Shown here: piece after piece, positions 1 through 12,929 of the stretch
Numbering within the stretch: the first letter of the stretch is position 1
Layout: each line of letters opens with the position of its first letter
NCBI RefSeq assembly: GCF_009914755.1
Contig: NC_060931.1
Source: the human T2T-CHM13v2.0 reference genome, Homo sapiens
DNA length: 64,000 nucleotides
Reading direction: 5' to 3' (one strand)
Position numbers and translations under genes: made by a program
Notes under the pieces: model-generated
What the model was told of the DNA's origin: nothing
The model's database searches: none
Seen by the model: the letters and a program-made list of their open reading frames with translations, nothing else

Positions 1-330
1 GGGGCGCGCGGCCAGCTGGCGCGGAGGCAGATCGAGCCCCGAGGCTCCTCGGGCCGCGCGCCCCAACACAATCTCCACGGCAACCCGTCTGCAGGAGGGA
101 CTCCCCATTGAGTTTTAACCCAAATTATATTTTCCAGGTCTAAAATCAGAGCCACTGTGGAAGCAAGTACTCATGTTAACAGCTTCGAGATGCTCTGCAT
201 GTGAGGACCGGCGGGGAAGCAAGACCTCGGAAACAGGATTTTAAATGGAGCAGCAAGCCTCGGCCGCTCAGGGCCCAAACTGCCCTGCGCTGCTATGTTC
301 CTTTAGAAAACAAGGCAACGCAGGAGGTTG
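1..330. promoter_or_regulatory. Edge of a CpG island with an RFX X-box-like motif (ATCTCCACGGCAAC, 71-84)
   Basis: Dense CpG (gcgcgcg, gccgcgcg) in the first ~90 bp, decaying by ~330. The GGCAAC half-site matches the RFX consensus. The island is truncated by the window start. Confidence 0.55.
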
Positions 331-633
331 TGGTGTTGGTGCTTGTTTTCAGGGAGAATTCTAGTTTCAGTATAATTCTATTTACCTCCGGTCTTACTCA
401 GTTACCTTTGACGTGCAGGAGAATGGCCTTTAATCATATGATCAGCAAACACTGTTTCCTCTGGGGGAAATGGGGACAAATCCACAGTTGAGAGATTTTT
501 TTATCCTAACAGAAAAGGATAGCCTTCTTTTGGTTAGCCTCCAGGTAACCAGAAATCCAATCCATGTCTTATTTATTTATTTATTTATTGAGACAGAGTC
601 TTGCTCTGTCAACCAGAAATCCAATCCACATCT

Positions 634-1323
<690 letters not shown>

Positions 1324-4079
1324 CATGATTATTCTTTTAAAGTTTTTTATGCCAAGTTTCTTGAGTACTAAATTTATCTTCTGTACAATATTTGATAATG
1401 TCAAGAAAAGTCTAGAAAATAGCAAACCAGGTTGCTTATTGTTACCTATTTTCCCAAGGCACCCAGCAGAGCTATTTTTGTGTTGGCTCCTTTCCCCTGG
1501 GTTCTTGCCAGTGAAAGTTCCCATTATGTGATTAAAGAGGCTCAGGGGCAGTCACGTCTACAGTGAGCCGGGGGACCAGGGGCCCTGAAGCAATGACCAC
1601 ACTTTCCTGGGCGCGGCGCTTCCCGCACGCACGGCAGACACCTGCTGAGAATGCCACGGGTGCCATGGTGAAGTCAGGGATAGACTCTCTGGGACAGATA
1701 CTGTTCTTATCAAGCCCACTTAACGGACAGGAGAAACTGAGGCTTACAGCAGATAAGCACAGTGCTTCAGGTTGTCCCTGGCTGCAGAACCAAGATTCAA
1801 AAGCAAGTCTGTCTCCAGAACTCAGTCACCCATCACCCAGGTGCTGTCTGTGCAATAGAGAGGCCCTCAAGCAAGCGCTGATGGGGAGAGAGCTGGAGGG
1901 AGAGTGTGGTCCGAGAGCAGTGTGGAGACGTGTTTCTAAAGCCGGAGCGCCCCGGGCCAAGCTCCGTGCACATCACAGGGCCCCTCATTACCAACCAGGA
2001 AAGTTTTGTTATAGAAAGAACCTTACACGTACGACTTGTGTGAGTTCTGATAAACTGATAAAGAATGATGAGGCTGACCTCAAGTCTCATACGGCGAGCC
2101 TGGCAGCCTCTGCCACCTCGCGGCCCCTTCAGCCCCGTCTAAAGGAATCCCACCTTTCCCAGCAGACTCAGGCACTTGCTCGCCTAGGAAGAAAATAATT
2201 TCCCAAGAAAGCATCTAAAGACAACAGAATGAGTTCCAGCTAAACTCACAGCTGTCCGGCCTAAGGGAGGGCGGCCGGGTCTGGCTGAGGAAGCAGAGGG
2301 GCAGGTGTGTAGACAGCCAGTCCCACTCGGGATAAGGTCACACAGTTACTGTCGCTTCATTAGGAAACCACATTTTGAGAGCTGGGGCATAAACTCCTCT
2401 TCAAAGGGGCAGCTTGGTATCCTCCATGGAAAGGGCCCCACCCGTAGAAGGATGATGGGAGAAGCCCCCTCCCAGCCCCCGTGCCGCTCACGGCTCTGTG
2501 GTGCCACCGACTCTAACAAGTGCTGTACCTCTGACAACGTCCTGGTGCAGAACCCAGGCAAGGCCAGCGAGGCACATGGTGTCTGCTGCCTGTTCAGGCA
2601 AATCACTAATTTCCAGGTCAGCTCCAGGTCAAAGGCCACCATGTACTCCAAGACAGTCCAAAGCCTCCCTCATCCACTGTGGACAAATTGGTCAATCTTG
2701 AGAACTCGGAGCTGAAAGAGGGATTCAGGGAGTGAAAGACGACAGGGACACACAGGCCGAGAGCCAAGCACCAACCAAGCCAGCCCCTCCCAGGACATCC
2801 CCTTACACAGGAACCTGGGGAATGGCCCAGTCCCCCAACAACCCCCATCTCAGAGGACAAAAGAAACCCAAAGCTGAGCCATGGCATTCTTTTTAAGCAG
2901 GGTAAATAACCATTATCCTGTCTCCATGCTTTAAATGCCGTCTTTATGCATCTGAGTATAGATTTGAGTCACAGCGAAAAAATACTTGAAAAGCAGGCAT
3001 TTTGTGCGTGGTTTACATTTTAAAATCAAGTGCAGAGGACTCAGGGAAAGGCCCACCCGAACCATGGTCATCACCATCCATGGCACCGTTGGAGTGGGGA
3101 CCTGCAGTGACCATTCCCAGAACACAAAGCCAGCCCTCGCCTTTACCAAAGGGTGCAGAAGGTACACGTAAACCAGGATCTTGTTTTACTTAGAGAGGGA
3201 CTGAGCCAGGGTTCCAAGGAGAGAGGCCGTCCCTGAGGAAGAGACCATGGGGAAGATGCCGCCCTTGCTTGCAGAGCCTGGCTTAACTGTCAGAGGCAGA
3301 GAGGGCTGAAGGGTAGGCTCAGAGAAGAGATTTCAACTCCAATTATGAAGGCTAAAGAAAAGGGGTGAGTCATGTGGCCTACTGGGTTATCATCCAATTG
3401 TCCCCAATTTTTTTACCCCTCCATCTCAAGCCCCTTGCTGTGTGACTTTGCAGTTCTTCCCAACTTGCCACTGACATTGGGCTCGGCCATGTGGCCTGCC
3501 AGGGGAACATGGTAGAAGGGACAATGAGGTACATAACTTCACCTGCTGCATGAAAAAATCATGGTGAGAACCATCAACCCAAGAGGCAGAAACAAAACAA
3601 ACCGGCAATCATGTGACTCGGAGTTCACTGTGACGTGGAGCTGGCAGGCGGCCTTTGGGTCTGATTTTCAGCTTGGCCAATTGAAGGGACCCATCCGTGG
3701 GAGGCAGAGAGAGTCCCCAGAACCAGGGGCTCCAGGTGTGACTGGGAAAACGGCACATGTCGGGGTCCTGCGAAGCACGGTGTGGTTCCGGCATTGGGGC
3801 AGGAGACACTCATAAGTCCAGGCACACAGACTGTCTGCATCCATGACCAGGCTCCTGGGAGAGACTTGCGAGGGGCGGCTTCATGACCAGCGACCTGTGC
3901 CCAGAGCCCACTCTCAGAAGGGCCCTGTGCCCAGGGCAGCACTCTGCGGCTGCCATCGTGAAATTCTTACTGATGTTTCACACCATTTTCATTTTGCACT
4001 GGGCCCAAAAAATTATACAGCCTGTCTGGTCACGGGGTACTAAGTAACTAAGAGCTGACCAGCGGCTCAGAACACGGCA

Positions 4080-4422
4080 GTGTCTGAGTCCATTCTGGCC
4101 ACTATAACAAAATACCATAGACTGGGTGGCTCAGAAATAACAGAAATGTGTTTCTCACCATTCCGGAGGCTGGAAGCCCAAGACTCAGGTGCTGGCAGAT
4201 TCAGTATCTGGGGAGGGCCCATTTCCTGGCTCACAGAAGTCTCACTGTGTCCTCCCGTGATGGGAGGGGCGAGGGGCCTCTCTGGAGGCTCTTTTCTAAG
4301 GGCCCCGTTCATGAGGCTCCACCCTCCTGGTCTAGTCACCTCCCAAAGGCCCCACCTCCCAACACCATCCCCTAGGGCTTCAACATCTGAATACGAGGGG
4401 ACATGAACATTCGGACCATAGC
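4080..4422 (-). mobile_element. MaLR solo LTR (MLT1A/MSTD-like)
   Basis: ctataacaaaataccatagactgggtggc ... ttcaacatctgaat ... acattcggaccatagca is typical of an antisense MLT1A. Confidence 0.8.
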
Positions 4423-5959
4423 AGTCAGCCCCCTGCGCGGGGCCAGGCATGTGGGGAACCCGGGCCTGGGGAAAGGGGGTGCCAAGGCTGACATGTGGGT
4501 GACCTGGCTTGGTCAGAGCAGCCTGGGTCCGTCAGAGCAGCAGCGGGCAACCCACAGCCCCACAGCCGGCAGGTGCAGGGCCTCCCACACAGTGCCTGGG
4601 TGCTTCCCCTGTGCCAGTCACACTGCTTCATGGGTATTATCCACAGCTCCCCATGAATAAGCGGCATCACCTGTACTTTACACATGGGGCCTTGAGGCAC
4701 AGACAGTGTCAGTCATTTGTCCAGGGACCCACAGCCAGGAAGCAGCCGGGACTCAGGTGGTCACCCTCCTGTAGGGAACACCATCAGAACCAAGAGGATC
4801 TTTACTGTTGCCTAATTCCCAGTGAACTTGTTAAAGTTCTATAAAATGGAGGGAAACTGGGTAGAAAATGGCTGAGCTCCCAATGGACAAACAAATAGAA
4901 GGACAGATGAGGAGGCTGAGACTGCGCAGCGTGGCTGCGGGCCATGTGCTGGAGGAGTGGGGAAGAGGAGGCAGGGCCCCGGAAGCAGGGGAGCCCTTTG
5001 TCACAGCAGCCACCCAGGGCTTCTGAGCCCAAAGCCCTGGCAGACAAGGCAAGGGGCTGGAAATGGAGCTTCTTTCGGGAGGCAGCTCCACAGTGTCAGG
5101 CTGTGCGTCCCAGAGACGTGGGGATCTACCAGAGAAGGGCTCTCTCCTGTAAAGAACACCATCAGAACCGAGAGGATCTTTACCATCGCCTAATTCCCAA
5201 TGAACTTGTTAAAGCATTTTTAGTGTAATGAAAACATTAGATCAATCCCTAGCAGGGACCGTTGTCATTAAATCGATAGCCCGGGTGGTCCATCACACTG
5301 ACAGCTGACGCGCGCAGGAAGGTCGGTTCACAATGAGAGTCACACAGTGCCCTCCACAGCGACTGGAGTGAGGGAGGGGGGCCGGGAGAGATAAAAATCT
5401 GCTCCGTCTGAAGCACCTTGAAAAGAGAGGACGGATAGGATTGTGTCAAGGTTGCAGGCGCCCTGGAGAAGAGCAGGGTGACCATGGCAGCGGCTCACTG
5501 GAGAGCCGCACCTGCGGGGGTGGCTGTTTCAGTGGGAACAGAGCAGGTTCTTACAGTGTGTGCAGCGCGTGCACCACTAGGATTCCTGCCACACACTCCT
5601 TCATCGTCGCTCCAAATGAGTCCCACAGACCAAAGAGAGGGACGGGGAGAGTAGGGGCAGAAGTAAATCCTATAAAAGAAGCCCAGGGTGAGCGCTGGGA
5701 GTAACCTCGATGGGAAGCCAGGAAAGGGAACGTGGGGCCCGGCCGTTCAGGACAGGCCTCCACAGGCAGCGGCTAAACACGTCACCCAGGAAGTGTGGGT
5801 TTCGAGAATGCATACACTGGGTCTGGAAGCCTCATGGCCTCATGTTTTCGGCTTTCTAAGAAGGGATCTTACTAAGAGAAAGGGGAATGGGGATGGGACG
5901 ATGAGAACCGCTGTTCAGCACACCGATGTGTGTACCCAGGAGCATTATAACCATAACTC

Positions 5960-6055
5960 TCCAATATATGCATATATATGTGTGTACACACAGGCACACA
6001 CGCATACACACAAGCACATGCACACATACATGCTCATGCACATGCACACACATGC
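5960..6055. repeat. (CA/TA)n low-complexity repeat
   Basis: Alternating purine-pyrimidine run. Confidence 0.85.
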
Positions 6056-6442
6056 CATGTGGGCAGCATCTGGGATGGACTCGAGTTCACCACTAGACCT
6101 TAGACAGAAGCACAGAGGACAAGGGGCAGAGCTCAGCAGGGTGGCATCTGTGGGTGAGCCTGGGGGGCCCAGCAGCTGTGGGCCTTGCAGAAATCGGCAG
6201 ATGAGGGGGTGAAAGCCTGGGGTCCCTGTCAGCATGGGAAAACATCCATCTGGGGAAGTAGAACACACTAGAGAGGGAAAGCCACTGGCAAGGTGTGAGC
6301 CTATTGGTGGGTTTCTGCAGATGGTCCTGGAGAATGTAGACAAATCCACGGAAAAGACAGCAGAGCACTTCGAGAAGTCAGCCAAGTGATGACGAAGTGT
6401 ACAAACAACAGCCAGGACAGCCAGTTAGAAAACGAAAGACGA

Positions 6443-6725
6443 GGCCGGGTGTGGTGGCTCAGGCCTGTAATCCTAGCACTTTGGGAAGCCGAGGCAGGCA
6501 GATCACCTAAGGTCAGGAGTCAAGACCAGCATGGCCAACGTGGCGAAAACCCATCTCTACTAAAAAAAAAATACAAAAATTAGCCAGGCGTGGTGGCAGG
6601 TGCCTGTAATCCCAGCTACTCAGGAGGCTGAGGCAGAATTGCTTGAACCTGGGAGGCGGAGGTTGCAGTGAGCCAAGATCATGCAAAAAAAAAAAAAAAA
6701 AAAGGAAAAGAAAAGAAAATGAAAG
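6443..6725 (+). mobile_element. AluS element lacking ~40 bp before the poly-A tail
   Basis: ggccgggtgtggtggctc ... gccaagatcatgc runs directly into poly-A. Confidence 0.9.
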
Positions 6726-6859
6726 AAGAAAACATTCTATTAACATCAACAAGACAGGGTAGCCAGAAATAAATGAAACAATGGTGCTTTAGGGCACTGA
6801 AATGACTCTGTGCACCTCTACAGTGAGGAGAGCACTTAGTTAGATAACCCACGGAGTGC

Positions 6860-7570
6860 ACAGCGCCAGGAGCCGGGCACCCGGGTGGAGCTGGACTTCA
6901 GGGGAGGAGGTGACGTCCACGTGGGGTCAGCGATCCTGACCACTGTGCCACTCTGGTGGGGAACGCTGATAGCGGGGGAGGGTGTGGGGAACAAGGGGCC
7001 CATGGAAAATCTCTACACTTTCCACTCAATTCTGCTGTGTACCTAAAACCACTCTAAAAAATAAAGTCTATTTAAAGGGGGGAAATTTACAGGATGCATT
7101 TGAAGAAAACCTTGAACTCTACTGGGAAATGGCAAAAAGATTCAAGCAAAGGAGACTGTTCTTAGATAGGAAGGCTAAGCATGGTAAAGATATAAACATC
7201 CATTGACATACATCTAATGAGATAAAGATCAAATAATAACCTTTTTGACCTTTATAAAATAACCTGAAAGTTAATAGAAAATATAAGAGTAATATGTAAT
7301 ATTAAAATATAAAGGTATAATAAGAAATATCTATAATAGTGGTGCAGAAATAGTTAAAAACAGCAAAGAGTCTAGAAACTTCCATGGAGTCCAGACTCTA
7401 ACGCGTATGGGAATTGATTACAAGACATTATTTAAAATAATAACCGTAAGGTGCTAAGCAAAGACTTAATGAGTGTATATTGTACTCCAAAGGTCAACTC
7501 ATTAGCCTCAATTTCTACCACAACCCTTTACACCAAAATTACTTCCAGGTGGATTCAATATGATTTTTTG
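6860..7570 (+). mobile_element. Old L1M (L1MC-like 3' end plus ORF2-region remnants)
   Basis: ggaaaatctctacactttccactcaattctgctgtgtacctaaaaccactctaaaaaataaagt, followed by A-rich degenerate L1 sequence. Confidence 0.65.
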
Positions 7571-7596
7571 AGGTAATCTTCAAGTATGCTTAGTTT

Positions 7597-8035
7597 TACC
7601 AGGTGGGATCGTGCATGCCTGTGGTCCCAGCTACTTGGGAAGTTGAGGTGGGAAATGGCTTGAGTCCAGGAGTTCCACTACACTCCAGCCTGGGCAACAG
7701 AGCAAGACCCCCACCTCTCAAAAATAAAGAAACAGGCCAGGCGCGGCAGCTCATGCCTGTAATCCCGGCACTTCGGGAGGCCGAGGCGGGCGGATCACCT
7801 GAGGTCAGGAGTTCGAGACCAGCCTGACCAATATGGAGAAGCCCCATCTCTACTAAAAATACAAAAAATAGCTGGGTGTGGTGGTGCATGCCTGTAATTC
7901 CAGCTATTCAGGAGGCTGAAGCAGAAGAATCGCTTGAACACAGGAGGCAGAGTTTGCAGTGAACAGAGATCATGCCATTGCACTCCAGCCCGGGTAACAA
8001 GAGCAAAACTCTGACTCAAAAAGAAAACAAACAAA
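7597..8035 (+). mobile_element. Alu monomer fragment followed by a full AluS
   Basis: Right-arm-like fragment at 7597-7730 and a complete Alu at 7734-8035. Confidence 0.9.
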
Positions 8036-8437
8036 GTAACAAAAATGTGTGCCTTGTTTTTATAAACATGAGATGAAACCAAGAAGTCATGAGGAAAAAT
8101 ATTAATAAATTATATTACATTAAAAATTTGTAGAGAAAAAGCACCATGAACAAATTAAAAAATAAATAAAAATCCAAAAGCGTGCAATACCTATGAGAAG
8201 AACTATTTTAATTTTGCTTAAAAGGCTCTTATAAATTATTAAGGAAAAAATAACAGCCTAATTTTTTTTAAGTGAGCAAAGACAGGCTTAGAATAAGAAA
8301 TAATTCTAAGCCTGCCTCTTCTCTTTGCTCATTTTATACTATTTATACTATGCTCATTAAATACTATTTATTTTTTATTCTAAGAAGAATGGTCAGGTGA
8401 AAATATATCAATCTTACACATAATTTAAGAAATGCTA

Positions 8438-8795
<358 letters not shown>

Positions 8796-9039
8796 AAATG
8801 CTAATAAAATTAAGTGATGACTTTCTTTTATCAGACTGGCAAAAATTGAAAATATGCAGAGTTGATTGAAGAATGTGCACAAACCATCACATACTAAGTG
8901 TTAGATAGTGAACTGGCAGAAACGATGGGAGGTCCACAAAAATTGTCAAGAAAAGAGCTCCAAAACCCTGTTAGTAAAAAATACTGTTAAATAATTCCGT
9001 GTATAGCATGTAATTTGTGTTTAAAAAACAAAAACCCAG

Positions 9040-9775
9040 CACCTCAGACCTTACTAGTAAGAGGATAGCTACTATCAAAAAACCTGAAAACACCACGTGT
9101 TGGCGAGGAAGTGGAGAACCTGGACCCCTGGACGCGGCTGCTGGGAGTGTAAAACCAGGCAGCTGCAGTGAAAAACAGTGCGGCGGTGTCCCAGCAAGTT
9201 AAAATAAAAACTCCCATAGCGCCCAGCAACTTCCCCTCTGCATATGGACAGAGAATTGAAAGCAGGATCTCAAGGAGATACTTGCACTCCTGTGTTCGTA
9301 GCAGCAGCATTCACAGCAACTAAAACATGGTTGCAAACCAAACGCCCATCAACAAATGAATGGACAAACACAATGCGGTCTGTACATGTGATGGAATATT
9401 ACTCAGCCTTAAAAAGGAAGGGAATCCCGACGTATGCCACAACCTGATGGACCTCAAGGATATTTTGCTGAGTGAAATAAGCCAGTCGCCACAGGACAAA
9501 TACGGTAGATTCTGCTTACCTGAGACCCCTCGAGTGGTCAAACCCACAGAGACAGAAAGTAGAACCGTGGGTGCCAGGGGCTGGGGGGTGACAGAGCAGG
9601 GAGTTTGTGCTTCATGGGGACAGAGCTCCAGTTTGGGAAGATGGAAAGTTCTGGAGATGATGGGGTTGAGTGATGGATGCTCAGCAATGTGATTGTGCAT
9701 AATGCCACAGAACTAACTGTACGTTTAGATGGTTAAGATGGCGAATTGTAGGTTATGTGCATGTCACTGCAATTA
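9040..9775 (+). mobile_element. L1MB-type 3' region
   Basis: aaagcaggatctcaaggagatacttgcactcctgtgttc ... ggaatattactcagccttaaaaaggaag ... ggaagatggaaagttctggagatg. Confidence 0.85.
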
Positions 9776-9871
9776 GAAATGAGACCCGAGCCTCACGGAT
9801 CCATGTAGTATTCACACAGTTGCACCAGAGACACTGTCGTGGGATACCCACCCTGGGGTGGGCAAGTGTAA

Positions 9872-10265
<394 letters not shown>

Positions 10266-11309
10266 AGACTTTGTAGTTTAAAAGGAGAAAGAAAATGATC
10301 TGACACCTGCAGGAGGAACGGCAGCCAGAAAGAGCCGACAGCGAAGGCGTGCCGCTCAGCGGAGACCCCACCACTGGGCAGGGGCCCTCTTGGGGCAGGC
10401 TCCAGCAGCCCCCTGTCCACACCTGCTCCCTGCAGCCTCCCCGGCAGCGCTTTCCTCCTAAGGGTGGACATTCCCTCCCACAGACCTGGGGAGCCGAAGC
10501 CTGCATCTCCTGAGCTTGAGGCCAGGAGTAGCACCCACGTTCTCTTCCCAGCATCATTATGCTTATTCCATCAATAGGGTGTGGGCCCCTGAGGTGTGCC
10601 AGCGCTGGGCCAGGCACAGAGATGACACTGAGAGACAGCAGGGAGACGGCACCACCTCAGCAGTCCCACGTGGATCCTTTAAGGGGACTAGTGGCCCAGA
10701 GACACGCATGGCCCACCGGGCAGAGGCCTGTTGATGAGCAGCCGAGGCGAGGCCATGAAGGAGGCCGCTTGTTCCCGAAGGCCTCCGTGCCCCTTCCTAG
10801 CCCATTCCTGCCACACCCTGCCAAATGGGAAACCGACAATGGCCTCAGGTCCCGCCCGTTTCAGAGGCCACCAGCAGATCACTGGAGGTCAGCGAGGGCC
10901 CCTGGCGGTGCCGGCCCCAGGGTTGACAAAGAGTCCCGCAGCATGGGGGACGCTCCCCAGTCGGAGCCCACCTTGACCCTCCAGACTGTGGGACGGCAGT
11001 AAAAGCACAATGGCTGGGGTCGGGAAAACAAAGGAACAAGGTCCAAAGGGCCTTCTCCTTCCAGGGCCGGGTACCACGAGGGGGTGGTCTAAGCAGGGGC
11101 CTTGAACTGAGACCCTGGTCACCCTCAGGGGTGCCCTGGTGGAGGATGGGCAGGGGTTGGTGGTGCCCAACACGCAGGGGCGGGCAGAGGTAGAGCAGCC
11201 AGCAGGGGAGGCTGGAAAGGAGGACCCGAGGATTGGCCATGAAAGCCAGAGGTGCACGGCAGCCCCGACGCAGGGGCGCTCACAGAGGCCAGGAGGGGCG
11301 AGGGCCATG

Positions 11310-12066
11310 AGGCTGGGCCCCCATCTCTCACCACATACAAAGGTCAACTCAAAACGGATTAAAGACTTAAATGTGAGATGGGAAACTATAAAATTACAAG
11401 GAGAAAACATAGGAGAAACACTTTATGACATTGGTCTGGGCAAGAATTCGGGAGGTAAGACCTCAAAAGCACAGGTAATAAAAGCAAACATAGACAAATG
11501 GGATTCCACCAAACTAAAAATCTTCTGCACAGCAAAGGAAGCAATCAACACAGCGAAGGGAAAGCCTGTGGAATGGAAGAAAGTATTTGAAAGCCATACA
11601 TCTGATAAGGGACTAATAACCAAAATCAATAAGGAACTAAACTCAACAGCAAAAATCAAATGATCCTATTTAAAAATGGCCGACAGGTATATGAAAAAAT
11701 GCTCAACATCACCAATCACCAGGGAAGTACAAATCAAAGCCAGAGTAAGACAGCACTGAACACCTGTGAGAATGGCTCAAACCAAACAAAAAAAAAGATG
11801 GCAAGTGTTGGCGAGGATGAGGAGGAAAGCAAACCCTGTACACCATTGGTGGGAATGCTAATTGGCACAGCCATTACAGAAAACAGCAGGGAAGTTCCTC
11901 AAAAAATTAAGAATAGAACTTCCCTATGATCTAGCAACCCCACTGCCGAGTACAGACCCCAAGGGAATGAAGTCCCTATGTCAAAGAGATACACTGAAAA
12001 GTCACAGCGCACCCATAGATAGGCACAATGATTAGGAGTCAATTAACAATTTAAAAATTTAAAAGA
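11310..12066 (+). mobile_element. L1MA/L1P ORF2 and 3' fragment
   Basis: Translates to L1 ORF2-like PHLSPHTKVNSKRIKDLNVR...IDKWDSTKLKIFCTAKE. Confidence 0.9.
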
Positions 12067-12114
12067 AGTGTTGGCTCTGCCAGCCCCAGCTAGGTCAGAT
12101 GGCCCATTGGACCT

Positions 12115-12380
12115 TGTATTGGTCCATTCTCACATTGCTATAAAGAACTACCTGATCATTGGCTCACAGTTCTGCAGGCTGTACAGGAAGCATGGCTGGG
12201 GAGGCCTCAGGAAACTTTCAACCATGGCGGAGGGTGAACCCAGACATGCCGAGTTGTTTACGGATTTTCTATGGCTGCTTTTGTGTTCCAAAGACAAAGT
12301 TCAGTAATTACAACAGAGATGGCATGGCCTGCGGAGATGGAAATACTTACCAGCTGACCCTTCACAAAAACAGGTGGCCG
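12115..12380. mobile_element. MST/THE1 LTR fragment joined to a MER58-like fragment
   Basis: tgtattggtccattctcacattgctataaagaactacctga ... ggaggcctcaggaaact, then tatggctgcttttgt ... agtaattacaacagagatggcatggcctgc. Confidence 0.65.
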
Positions 12381-12734
12381 CAGAGCCATGTTCAGAGTCA
12401 TACCACGCGTGGCAGGGAAAGAGCCAGGGCTTTAGCGACCGACTTGGACTTTGGCCCATGGTTGTTGAGGGCTGTTCCTGGGGGCGCTAACTCCCTGGCA
12501 CTTCCAGCCTTCTTTGCACTCAGCAGAGGAGGCCACAGGAAGCTCTCAGTGCCCAAATCAGGCAGCAAGTGGGTGCTAGGAGGTGTCAGCAGGGCACCAA
12601 CAGGCTGGTGACCCCTTTACCTCGGAGGGAGGCAATCCACACAAAACCCGTCACCACTGCTCAGAGATGGCAGCTGCCAACGTTAGGCATGATTTCAGTT
12701 TTCAACCACGTTAGCCTCTTCCCATAGGACTTAC

Positions 12735-12929
12735 GAAGAACAGCCCAACACCACAGAATTCCATGGAAGGGGCTCAGCTGCGATGTCACCACCCAAATAT
12801 TCCAGGAAGGAAAACCGGGTCCAGGGCTGTGACCTTTGCCAAGAGCCTCTCTCTCCGAGAAAATAGCAATGATTAGCGAGAAGGTGGCAAAGAATGCTGG
12901 TTTCATGCATTTTATTGCTAATATGACGC
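12735..12929 (-). other. Candidate in-frame cassette exon (195 nt, phase 1-1) downstream of the Canopy signal-peptide exon
   Basis: Acceptor cctgcctgccctccttccag|GC and donor CTTC|gtaagt. Open in the frame set by the 15183 donor: (G)VILAIKCMKPAFFATFSLIIAIFSERE...LWCWAVL. Confidence 0.5.

Noticed and set aside
11139-11929. ORFs with reverse-transcriptase-element similarity
   Set aside because: Short, broken L1 ORF2 remnant; not an intact element or host gene.
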